NCBI GenBank assembly: GCA_964438135.1 | Contig: CAYTJW010000001.1 | Location: 14,791 to 78,790, forward strand | DNA length: 64,000 bases | Direction of reading: 5' to 3' | Source of the DNA: an uncultured Thermoanaerobaculia bacterium | GTDB lineage: Bacteria; Acidobacteriota; Thermoanaerobaculia; Thermoanaerobaculales; Sulfomarinibacteraceae | In this document: positions 43,081 to 51,148 of the stretch, piece after piece | Layout: each line of letters starts with the position of its first letter | Position numbering within the stretch: position 1 is the first letter of the stretch | Made by a program: the position numbers and the translations under genes | Notes under the pieces: model-generated | What the model was told of the DNA's origin: nothing | The model's input: the letters and a program-made list of their open reading frames with translations, nothing else | Databases searched by the model: none

Positions 43081-43337
43081 TGCTGAAACTCCTTCATGTT
43101 GATTGCGTCTTCCGTCAGGCTGCGCTCCCGCCCGAAGAACACTTCGTCAGGCAGTAGAAGCTCGACCCGGGAGACACGGTGTTCAAGGCGTTCAATGCGA
43201 TTGAGAAGAAGCCGATGCGCCTTCGAATCCATGGCTTGCGCTTCGGCTTCGATGGCAGCGTACCGTTCGCTGGTCAATGCGTAGTCCATAAGCATGAGCG
43301 CCATGATGCATCCGAGAATGACTGCGATGGTGCGCAT
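43077..43337 (-). CDS. 86-aa N-terminal-TM coiled-coil protein
   Basis: AAGGAG RBS. Hydrophobic N-terminus. Confidence 0.55.
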   Translation of the reverse strand: MRTIAVILGCIMALMLMDYALTSERYAAIEAEAQAMDSKAHRLLLNRIERLEHRVSRVELLLPDEVFFGRERSLTEDAINMKEFQQ

Positions 43338-43339
43338 GG

Positions 43340-44068
43340 CTACTCCTTGGCGCTTGCCATTTCGATGATCATTTCTCCGAACATCGAGTCATCGAGTGCG
43401 AACTCTCCCTTCTCGTTGTCGTTGATGCCGAGTCCCTCGAACCACCGTTGCGAGAAGACGGGACTGGATTCGGTGTAAATGATCGGCATCGTCACGCCGG
43501 CAAACCACGACTTCCCGCTGAGCATGATGTAGATCGGCCGCTCGTAGCCGGACGGGAAGAACTGGATTCCATCGCGATCGGTGTCGCCTTTGAAGCAGAA
43601 CTTCTTCATCGCCTCCAGCGGGTACACGATGTTCGCCGGCGTCTTCATGTTCGCTTTGTGCATCCCACTGAAAAACGATCTCCATCGCGGGTAGTAGTCC
43701 GGGTTGATGATCTGTTCCTTGGCGATGTGGAGCGTGGTTCTCGGTTCCATGTTCTGATCCACAGTGGATACGCGGATGACCTCTGATCCTTCAGCCTTCA
43801 TCACCCGTTTCTCGATGCCACTGGTCTTTTTGGTACACGCGCTGACCAGTGGCGCAGACGGATGCTCCAGGCAGAAAGCCTCGGAAGCGTGTCCGTGGTG
43901 GTCGTAGAAAACCCCGGCTGAGTGGCCGTCGCATCCTACCACGAGGACTCCTCCGTTCGGGTGCGGCTCGATCAAGAGATTTTCCAGGACGCCGTTACCC
44001 TTGCTGCCGACTTTCACGCAGAACTCAGCCGCCCATCCGATGAACTCTGCCTTGATCGAGAAGTTCAT
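43340..44068 (-). CDS. Beta-clamp (DnaN)-like protein, putative (242 aa); spans the unit junction
   Basis: GGAGGG RBS. The N-terminus MNFSIKAEF...VLENLLIE...GVLVVGCDGHSAGV resembles the first clamp domain. Confidence 0.4.
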   Translation of the reverse strand: MNFSIKAEFIGWAAEFCVKVGSKGNGVLENLLIEPHPNGGVLVVGCDGHSAGVFYDHHGHASEAFCLEHPSAPLVSACTKKTSGIEKRVMKAEGSEVIRVSTVDQNMEPRTTLHIAKEQIINPDYYPRWRSFFSGMHKANMKTPANIVYPLEAMKKFCFKGDTDRDGIQFFPSGYERPIYIMLSGKSWFAGVTMPIIYTESSPVFSQRWFEGLGINDNEKGEFALDDSMFGEMIIEMASAKE

Positions 44069-44307
44069 AGTCCCTCCAGTTCCTTGCTCCCGCAGTGCGG
44101 GCACTCGTTGATGATCTCCTTGCGTCCACGTCCGCAGCCGTCCGTGCTCGTGAACTCTATCCAGGTGTGAACCTCATCGCGCTCACCTGCCCAGGAGCAG
44201 TCCTCGCACCGGACAGTGGACTCCATCATACATAGACCGTCCAGCGGCGGGCTGCATTCTTTGCAGCGGCCGAGCGAGTCTTCGTAGTGGCAGTGTGCTT
44301 CACACAT
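44065..44307 (-). CDS. Small Cys-rich zinc-ribbon-like protein (80 aa)
   Basis: Exact duplicate of 456-698 (+43609). Confidence 0.6.
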   Translation of the reverse strand: MCEAHCHYEDSLGRCKECSPPLDGLCMMESTVRCEDCSWAGERDEVHTWIEFTSTDGCGRGRKEIINECPHCGSKELEGL

Positions 44308-44683
44308 GCCTTGTCCTCCAGCGTTCCTTGGTCCGTTTGCAGCGGCAGATCTGCGAGCCGCTGCCGTATTTCACGCCATGCCACATGAAGCCGTCGGGGC
44401 CACGGAACCACACATCGGTTCTGGTCCTGGCGAAATTGTGTCTCCCGCGCCTGGATGCCGTCACGCGAAACGAGAGAGTGCCGGGCCAGTTGACGACGTG
44501 GCCTATGGAAAGGTAGAGCGTGATCTTGCCGGTCTTCATCATGTGGTCCCGATCCTGCCAGCAACAGCACTCGTAGCAAACCTTTCCGTTGGTCTTGAGA
44601 TTGACTGCGTAGCCTGTTCCGCCCTGCTTCTGGACAGGCTTTTCCCTGCCGCACTCGCTGCAAATGAACGTAGCGTTTTCCAT
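44300..44683 (-). CDS. Cys-rich hypothetical protein (127 aa)
   Basis: Exact duplicate of 691-1074. Confidence 0.6.
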   Translation of the reverse strand: MENATFICSECGREKPVQKQGGTGYAVNLKTNGKVCYECCCWQDRDHMMKTGKITLYLSIGHVVNWPGTLSFRVTASRRGRHNFARTRTDVWFRGPDGFMWHGVKYGSGSQICRCKRTKERWRTRHV

Positions 44684-44793
44684 GGCTAGTCCTTCGGTTC
44701 GTGGTTGAGGGCGGCCCTGGCTATGTCGTAGTGCTCGAACAGGTTGCCGCTGCCTAGAATGCGCGCCATCTCGACTGATGCGGTTGAGTTGCA

Positions 44794-45030
44794 TCACGCA
44801 CCCCCTTCGGGACCATGAACGGCAACAAGAAAGACGCCCAGGGACAAGCAAGACCCAACACCGCAAGACGCGGTTAGAAGAGAAACCCACCCGAGAGCCC
44901 ATGGGACAACCCACATTACGGTCAGAGCCAGGCACAATGCGACTGCAAGGTCGTTATCCCTTCCCACCCCAGGGCGCGAAAGCAGAAATCCCAAAGCGAA
45001 GCCGCAAAGAATGAAGTGGCCTGGGTTCAC
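44794..45030 (-). CDS. Small membrane protein (78 aa)
   Basis: Exact duplicate of 1185-1421. Confidence 0.5.
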   Translation of the reverse strand: MNPGHFILCGFALGFLLSRPGVGRDNDLAVALCLALTVMWVVPWALGWVSLLTASCGVGSCLSLGVFLVAVHGPEGGA

Positions 45031-45428
45031 TCCGCACCCCCTTCGGGCTTGGCGAGGGCGGCGCGGGGCTCCTCTTTATTTCTGCTCCACCTTGCTTCGG
45101 CGGCGTTGCGCGCGATTTTGCTCCGTTTGGCTGCGGAAAGGGCCGCAGCACGCGCAGGACCACCTTTCAGCCCTCCTTTTCTGCCAAGTGCTACTGCTTC
45201 TGGGCACTTCTCACGCTCTTTGTTTGGGAGAGGTGCTGCTGTTGCTTGACGCTTTTTCATCTCTTTCTTCGGGCGTGGTCGAGCGCGCGCGTAATCACGG
45301 CTACACATCCCCATGGCCGCGATACGCATGTAACGACCGCACTTCACACATATCCCGAACCCCTTCTTACGATAATGCACAGGTATCCCGTCATCTACTG
45401 CAAGGCCGATGGCTTTCTGATCGTGCAT
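45027..45428 (-). CDS. Basic CxxC / KGG-ARW protein (133 aa)
   Basis: Exact duplicate of 1418-1819. Confidence 0.6.
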   Translation of the reverse strand: MHDQKAIGLAVDDGIPVHYRKKGFGICVKCGRYMRIAAMGMCSRDYARARPRPKKEMKKRQATAAPLPNKEREKCPEAVALGRKGGLKGGPARAAALSAAKRSKIARNAAEARWSRNKEEPRAALAKPEGGAE

Positions 45429-45658
45429 CACGCACCCCCTTCGGGCTTGGCGAGGGCGGCGCGGGCGTTGGCGTTCGCGCTGTTGAGGCGGCTCAAGTCC
45501 ACATCTCTACCCCACGCATTCTTGACCGGGTTGCTACAGCACTGTGCAAAGAGATCATCGAAGGCGTCTTGGCAAGAGACCAGCGCCTCCCGCATCCGCT
45601 TGTTCTCGGCCCGGAGAGTGTCGCGCTCCTGCTCCAGAAGGCCAAATTCGCAACCCAC
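45428..45658 (-). CDS. Coiled-coil hypothetical protein (76 aa)
   Basis: Exact duplicate of 1819-2049. Confidence 0.5.
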   Translation of the reverse strand: MGCEFGLLEQERDTLRAENKRMREALVSCQDAFDDLFAQCCSNPVKNAWGRDVDLSRLNSANANARAALAKPEGGA

Positions 45659-45731
45659 GCCTCGGCGGCCTCGATGCGCCAGTCCTCAACCCCCTTTTGA
45701 ATTACGGTTTCCATTCCTTCCCCTCCCATAC

Positions 45732-45947
45732 TTACAATTCAATCCCGCCGTATTCGATATTGATAAGGCAGTCAGTGCAAATGTCCCCTTCTCGCATTTC
45801 ACCGTGTACGGCATACGTCCACTCATGCCGCTCCCCGCCTAACTTTGAACCGCAGCGGTCACACGGACGCCAAGAGAAGCCCAGGCTATCCCCGGTGCAT
45901 TCAAAGGTGATCTTCTCAAGGGCGGCAACAACTTTTGTTCTGCTCAT
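45732..45947 (-). CDS. Small zinc-ribbon-like protein (71 aa)
   Basis: Exact duplicate of 2123-2338. Confidence 0.6.
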   Translation of the reverse strand: MSRTKVVAALEKITFECTGDSLGFSWRPCDRCGSKLGGERHEWTYAVHGEMREGDICTDCLINIEYGGIEL

Positions 45948-45949
45948 GG

Positions 45950-46147
45950 CTAGACCTCCTCGCCGTGGTAAATCTCGGCCATGGTCAGCCGGTCCAGGAA
46001 GTCGAGTTCCTCACGGTCGCAGAAGTGCATGAGGTCGGCCAAGAGGTCGGTGACGAACTCCTCGGTGCCGTCCCCGGTGTCTCGGTAGGCGGCGTCATAC
46101 ACGGCGTCGATGCGCGCAGCGCGGTCTTCGTTGGTCGGCTCAGCCAT
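45950..46147 (-). CDS. Small acidic protein (65 aa)
   Basis: Exact duplicate of 2341-2538. Confidence 0.6.
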   Translation of the reverse strand: MAEPTNEDRAARIDAVYDAAYRDTGDGTEEFVTDLLADLMHFCDREELDFLDRLTMAEIYHGEEV

Positions 46148-46403
46148 GGTGGCGCTCCTTATCGTTCATCGGCCAACCCATCTCCGCGCAGGTGTCGGTC
46201 ACGAGCTTGACGATCTTCTTCCCGAGCTTGCTGTCGAGCTTGATCCGCCTCGTGCTGTACTGCCCCGAGTGGTAGTCGATGAACTCAGCGCGTCCGTCGA
46301 GGCGCTTTTTGTAGTAGTACCGCTGCTTCCCTTCGATCGTCGCCGTCAGTAGCGCGGCCTGTTCTTTGGCGCTCCAGACCAGTTCGAGAAACGTGAGCTT
46401 CAT
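46140..46403 (-). CDS. Hypothetical protein (87 aa)
   Basis: Exact duplicate of 2531-2794. Confidence 0.55.
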   Translation of the reverse strand: MKLTFLELVWSAKEQAALLTATIEGKQRYYYKKRLDGRAEFIDYHSGQYSTRRIKLDSKLGKKIVKLVTDTCAEMGWPMNDKERHHG

Positions 46404-47017
46404 CACAGCATCTCCTTGCACTTGTACACCGTCCGCTTTTCGGTGACGGTTTCTTCCACGACCTCGCAGTTCCGGCCGCCGGCAGCGGTGATGGTGATGA
46501 TCACGTCGCCGAAGGTGCCGGTGTAGTACACGCCGTCGTCTTGGGTCCTGGGGTTCCATCCGATCCCGAGTTCCTCGTGGAAGGCGGTGAGGACGTGTTC
46601 CACCATGGCGATGCTCTCGTCGGCCAGGATCTCGCGGACGCGCTGCTTGGCCGGGGCCATGTACTCGCTGATGTACTGCTCCCTGTAGGAGTCATAGAGA
46701 TTGCTGCCTTCATCTTCGTACAGCTTGAGCCCTTGCGCCTTGAGCTGCTCAAGGGCATACTCCGACGCGCCCGCGTTGACCTCGCGCTCGGCCGCGTACA
46801 TTTCTCTGCTGTATTCCGGCCAGTGTCCCACCGTGATGAAGATGGCACCCTTGCCGCCGCTCTTGTCCACGGATAGCGATCCGTGACAGCTTTCCTTGAT
46901 GTGCTTCTCCAGGTACGGATGCGCACGGAGAACACGCTCAAGGACTCCGTTCGCGGCCATGATCGCGGACAGATCCTTGCGCATCTGGTCGATCTTCGAC
47001 GCGGTACTCTTGTGCAT
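46403..47017 (-). CDS. Hypothetical protein (204 aa)
   Basis: Exact duplicate of 2794-3408. Confidence 0.65.
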   Translation of the reverse strand: MHKSTASKIDQMRKDLSAIMAANGVLERVLRAHPYLEKHIKESCHGSLSVDKSGGKGAIFITVGHWPEYSREMYAAEREVNAGASEYALEQLKAQGLKLYEDEGSNLYDSYREQYISEYMAPAKQRVREILADESIAMVEHVLTAFHEELGIGWNPRTQDDGVYYTGTFGDVIITITAAGGRNCEVVEETVTEKRTVYKCKEML

Positions 47018-47177
47018 GATACTCCTCCATTGGTTTTGCCCGTTTTGAAAAGTGGCCGTTGCATCTTCTGTGCGCTGGGTTGCTGCGGCGTTGGCTGTGG
47101 ATCTCGGCGGGTCTGGCTGTACTGCTGTGAGGGGCTACAGTCAGCGGTATGATCCAGGGCTTAAAAAAACTGAGGAA

Positions 47178-47252
47178 TGGTGGAAGCGTCGGGAGTCGAA
47201 CCCGAGTCGAGAGATTTTAAGTTCCCCGCTCTGCCGTCTGAGCTACGCTTCC
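47178..47252 (-). tRNA. Atypical tRNA (anticodon UAA in the canonical fold)
   Basis: Exact duplicate of 3569-3643. Confidence 0.8.
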
Positions 47253-47306
47253 ACTTTCCCTCCTGAGGGCGTGAGGATCGTCGTCCCCACGCCCTCGTTG
47301 CCGGCC

Positions 47307-47741
47307 CTACCAGGGCACGTCGTCGCTGCGGGCCGCGTCGTCCATCTCGGGAGCGCGAGGGTCGATCGGCGGCACGTCGTCGCTCGGCTGCTGCTGCGCG
47401 GCCTCGGCCTTCGGCTTCGGGTGGTAGCGTTCCAGGAGGTTGACGCTGTTGGCCCAGATCTTGGTCCAGAGCGTCTTCTGCTCCTTGTCCTGGGACTGCT
47501 TGATCATCCCGGTCACGGCGACCTTGTCGCCCTTCTTGAGCGCCATGGCCCGGACGCGCTCGGCCGTGCTGTTCCAGGTCTGGGTCTCCAGGAAGATGGT
47601 CTGCTCCGTCCAGGTGCCGTCGGGGCCCTTGTAGTCGTCGTCGATGGCGAGGCTGAACCGGGTCATGCGGCCGTCCATGTGAGTGACCGGGTCGCAAGCG
47701 AGGCGACCCTCGGCGATGAGGCGGGTGCTGTTCTGAGGCAT
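47307..47741 (-). CDS. ssb: Single-stranded DNA-binding protein
   Basis: Exact duplicate of 3698-4132. Confidence 0.8.
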   Translation of the reverse strand: MPQNSTRLIAEGRLACDPVTHMDGRMTRFSLAIDDDYKGPDGTWTEQTIFLETQTWNSTAERVRAMALKKGDKVAVTGMIKQSQDKEQKTLWTKIWANSVNLLERYHPKPKAEAAQQQPSDDVPPIDPRAPEMDDAARSDDVPW

Positions 47742-47886
47742 GGTGAACTCCTTTTGTTTTTGCCTCCAGGCGCATTTCCGATGCTGCTCCAGAGGACATT
47801 TGCGAGGGCGGGTCGCAGCGCCGAAAGCATTCAGCGTTGCGACCCACGGTGCCATGAACGATTCAAGCACTGCCCCTCCTTTGGTT

Positions 47887-48102
47887 TCACGGAGAGACAG
47901 AACCCGGAGCGGAGCGAAGGGTCTTGATGCGCGCTTTGATGACAAGATCCGCGAGGATCATCACGCGCTGCGGCGTGGCGTGTATTTTGCGCATTTCGGT
48001 TATTCTCTTGCTGTTTTTTACGTTGTGGTAGAATTTGTTGCCGTCCGAGCCGATGTTGATGTTGGTGTGGTGCGGGTCTGTGGCCCATACGATCTCGTTC
48101 AT
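47887..48102 (-). CDS. Hypothetical protein (71 aa)
   Basis: Exact duplicate of 4278-4493. Confidence 0.5.
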   Translation of the reverse strand: MNEIVWATDPHHTNINIGSDGNKFYHNVKNSKRITEMRKIHATPQRVMILADLVIKARIKTLRSAPGSVSP

Positions 48103-48104
48103 GG

Positions 48105-48608
48105 CTAGTAGTCCCTCGCTGCTTTCTGGAGTTTGATGAAGTCCTTCTCTCCAAGGCCGTTGCGTAGCTTGAGCCCGATGCTCAGGCACTCTTTGTATGT
48201 GGCCTCAGCCTTTCTGCTGTCTTCGTCGCATCCGGTGTACATGGCCCAATCCTCGAACGAGTTGTAGTCGAGCGCGTCCGCGTCGCTGACGATCGAGTAA
48301 ACGAACTGGATTATGTCCGGTCGCAGCTTCCTTCCAAACACGTCGCACCCGTTGGTCAACGCCATATTTATCGCATCCTGGTACGCGATGGAGCGAGGCG
48401 AGAAAGGGTGCTTCATCTTTTCCATGAGCAGACAGGCTATTCCACTTTTGAACTCCTGTTCCAGTATCAACCTGTCTTCCTTGTAGAGCCAGACCTTCCA
48501 TCGCGCATGTTTCCACTCTTTGAACTCTTTCGAGTCCATGTCCGGCTTGAGATACACGAACTCGATGCGCAGCCCCATGTCCTTGATCATTTCGGGCAGT
48601 GTCATCAT
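48105..48608 (-). CDS. Hypothetical protein (167 aa)
   Basis: Exact duplicate of 4496-4999. Confidence 0.6.
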   Translation of the reverse strand: MMTLPEMIKDMGLRIEFVYLKPDMDSKEFKEWKHARWKVWLYKEDRLILEQEFKSGIACLLMEKMKHPFSPRSIAYQDAINMALTNGCDVFGRKLRPDIIQFVYSIVSDADALDYNSFEDWAMYTGCDEDSRKAEATYKECLSIGLKLRNGLGEKDFIKLQKAARDY

Positions 48609-49351
48609 GACCATTCCTCCTCGTGTACGTTCAACCCCATCGCCCACTCGTCGCTCGGCTGGCACAACTCCAGTATGAGCGTGTCGATGATCCCCATCCG
48701 TATTGCGAGGCGATGTCGCTCGTTGGCGTTTCGCTCTCTCTTGTACTCGTTTTCTGCCTCCTGGTAGAGCGTGTAGAGGTCCACCACGTCCATGCGTTGT
48801 GCATACTCCCGCCAAAGGTGCATCGCCTCGGCGTATTCCGCCTTTGCGTAGAGCCGAGCTCTGGCGGCGATGCGTTCCGGGTCCTCGATCCAGCGTCCGT
48901 TGACCTTCTTGAATCCCTGCACTGCATCCTTCTTGAGCGCCAGATCATCCAGCGGCTTCCAGTTCTCATCGAAGCAGTCCAGGGCCTTGGCCGTGTTTCT
49001 TCCGGCTCTTTCCCATCGCGTCCATTCCCAATACTGCCTTGGCTGCATGTCCTGCTGCGCCTCGTCGTCGCCGTAGAAATAACTCCACCAGGACGTGGTT
49101 TCCATCGGCTCCTTGGGCGTGGACGGCTTCCACTTCTGGCTGTGGTAGATTTCCCACCAGACCTGCTCCTCGCCCGCTCCGTAGTATTTCCCACCGGCCC
49201 TCTTGAGCATCGTGCGCGTGATCGGCGGCAATCCCCTGGCAAGGCCCATGGGCCGCTTGTGAAGCTCAATGCGCTTGCGCGCCTTGTTCCAGAAGGGCAT
49301 CACGCCGAACTTGAAGAACTCGCGATACTGCTTGTCTATGTGGTCTTGCAT
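48605..49351 (-). CDS. Trp-rich hypothetical protein (248 aa)
   Basis: Exact duplicate of 4996-5742. Confidence 0.65.
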   Translation of the reverse strand: MQDHIDKQYREFFKFGVMPFWNKARKRIELHKRPMGLARGLPPITRTMLKRAGGKYYGAGEEQVWWEIYHSQKWKPSTPKEPMETTSWWSYFYGDDEAQQDMQPRQYWEWTRWERAGRNTAKALDCFDENWKPLDDLALKKDAVQGFKKVNGRWIEDPERIAARARLYAKAEYAEAMHLWREYAQRMDVVDLYTLYQEAENEYKRERNANERHRLAIRMGIIDTLILELCQPSDEWAMGLNVHEEEWS

Positions 49352-49651
49352 GGTTCTGCTCCTTGGGATATGAGGTTCGTCATGCCAAAAAGAACGCCTG
49401 AACAACACAGTGCCGAGGATTCGCTCCTAACACTGCCTGAACTCCTCGCCGCCTACTCCGCATCCTTCCCTAGATTTCTCGCGAGACTCGCGCATGGCGC
49501 TTCTGTCGCGACTTGCTGCGAAGGACGCGGATGCCCCTCCTACCTCGGTGTCTCACGCCTCCTGATGGAACAAGGTGGCGACTCAATTCCAGAGATCGTC
49601 GCCTTTCGCTCCAACTTCTTCGTAGCGCAAGAGGCCGCATCGAGGCTTCAC

Positions 49652-49927
49652 ATGGACCAGCTTATTGAGCTTGCGGACAAGGCTGATGACAAGAACAAGC
49701 AAAGCAAGGTCGCTTTGCAGATGAAGGCGTTGCTTGAACATGCGGAACGCATTTCTCCGCACTCTTTTGCGAAGGCTCGTCGCCAGTTCGATAGCGTGGA
49801 TACGCCCGAGGCCCTGGCGAACAAGCTTGAGAATGCGTTCTTGATCATCGCGCAGCGCAATGCTGCCCGCAAGGCTGAGGGACTTCCCTCAAAGCCCGCT
49901 GCGATCGCAACCAAACACAAGCCCTGA
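49652..49927 (+). CDS. Lone plus-strand helical protein (91 aa)
   Basis: Exact duplicate of 6043-6318. Confidence 0.5.
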   Translation: MDQLIELADKADDKNKQSKVALQMKALLEHAERISPHSFAKARRQFDSVDTPEALANKLENAFLIIAQRNAARKAEGLPSKPAAIATKHKP

Positions 49928-50207
49928 CGATCATATCGCCGTGACATGGCTTCGGCTTGCACCAGCAAAGCAGATAGACAACGCCGTGTTCGTCTTCGAG
50001 CGCGTTGATTCTGCGTAAGGCCCGTATAATGTCCTGGTTCCCGTTTTTCATCTCCTTCCATAGCCACTGCCTGTAGAGTTCTATCACCTTCGACCTGTCG
50101 CTCTCCTTCTTCATCTTGAACGGATTGCCAAGGATGCTCGGTCGTGCGATGTTGACTGTCTTCAACTCCGTACTCCATACCTGTCTGTGTGTCGCTACGA
50201 TGATCAT
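49845..50207 (-). CDS. DUF4326-family protein
   Basis: Exact duplicate of 6236-6598. Confidence 0.7.
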   Translation of the reverse strand: MIIVATHRQVWSTELKTVNIARPSILGNPFKMKKESDRSKVIELYRQWLWKEMKNGNQDIIRALRRINALEDEHGVVYLLCWCKPKPCHGDMIVRACVWLRSQRALREVPQPCGQHCAAR

Positions 50208-50311
50208 CTCGACCTCCTTCTGTTCCTTCTCGGACGCCTCATGCACTGGCACACACACTCAACCACCAAGCACAACGCAATCATCGCCAACCAGATCGCC
50301 GCAGCCTCCAT
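50204..50311 (-). CDS. 35-aa single-TM peptide
   Basis: Exact duplicate of 6595-6702. Confidence 0.5.
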   Translation of the reverse strand: MEAAAIWLAMIALCLVVECVCQCMRRPRRNRRRSR

Positions 50312-50339
50312 CTTCGCCTCCTTGGCTGTTGTTGCAAGC

Positions 50340-50366
50340 TGAAACAAATTGAAACATGTTGAAACA
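50340..50366. repeat. Three phased TGAAACA repeats
   Basis: Exact duplicate of 6731-6757. Confidence 0.8.
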
Positions 50367-50791
50367 GAGAGCATGGCATTTAAGAACCCGGAGTTCCGGT
50401 TTCCACTGGAATAGGAACTGCGGGTTCCGATTCGGCATCCCGCGCCAACGCCCGCAGCCCCTCGCATCCGCGCCTTATGGCCCTGGACTCCAGTGTCCAT
50501 GGACCTGCGCGGCTGATTCAGAGATGAATCAACCTTGGAACACAATGAAACATCGACACCCAGAAGCGCATGGCCTTTGATCGCCGCTCCCTCATCATCG
50601 ACACCGTGTCACAGGGTCGCCGGGAGCCCTCGCCTTTCGTCCCGCTGAGGCCGGGGCATGTCCCCCAAGCCCAGGCACCAATAGCTAGACCGGTGCACAC
50701 AGCCCCCCGGCACCAAACACCCGGGCCACTGCCCACAAAATTTTTTGCGCATTGTTTTTTTTTTGCGGCAGAACGCCCACGAAAAAAGTTG

Positions 50792-50820
50792 TTGACGTGC
50801 GGCGGGTGCCTTGGTAGATG
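50792..50820 (+). promoter_or_regulatory. Candidate late promoter TTGACG-17-TAGATG
   Basis: Exact duplicate of 7183-7211. Confidence 0.4.
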
Positions 50821-50862
50821 GGTCTTGTCGCTTGGGGCCGTGTCCCCGGGGGACAGGCGGGC

Positions 50863-50914
50863 CGCGATACGAAGCGGGAGCAATGCTCCTGAAACGTATC
50901 GCGGTTTCGTTTAT
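50863..50914 (+). terminator. Terminator-like leader hairpin
   Basis: Exact duplicate of 7254-7305. Confidence 0.4.
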
Positions 50915-50992
50915 GGTGCCAGCCGATTTCGTTGTCGATCTCCCCCTTATATAGGCTAAAAAAAAATCGCAAGAAGCAATGACTCAAAAGTA

Positions 50993-51074
50993 AAAGTATT
51001 TTGTATTAACAGTGGTGGGAATCGTTGTGTCACTAGGACTACCGTATGATACATGGAAAGTATTTTTGTATAAC
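50993..51074. repeat. AT-rich ~18-bp direct repeat pair
   Basis: Exact duplicate of 7384-7465. Confidence 0.75.
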
Positions 51075-51148
51075 GTCGCGGTTCAGATGTCTCGGGTTCG
51101 CCAGAGACAAGCAGCGGTGATTTTTAGCGCCATATAAGGGGGAGCCGT

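Larger units (their letters stand above)
1..43609. mobile_element. One complete 43,609-bp unit of a podovirus-like phage genome (circular or concatemeric representation)
   Basis: Full set of terminase, portal, scaffold, capsid, tail tube, internal proteins, fibre, lysis and replication genes. The sequence restarts exactly at 43610. Confidence 0.85.

Noticed and set aside
1-43609. Temperate-phage or integrative-element features (integrase, attP, repressor pair) and a diversity-generating retroelement
   Set aside because: No ORF shows tyrosine- or serine-recombinase or reverse-transcriptase motifs. The tRNA is intact rather than a partial att-type copy. I cannot exclude highly diverged versions without HMM searches.
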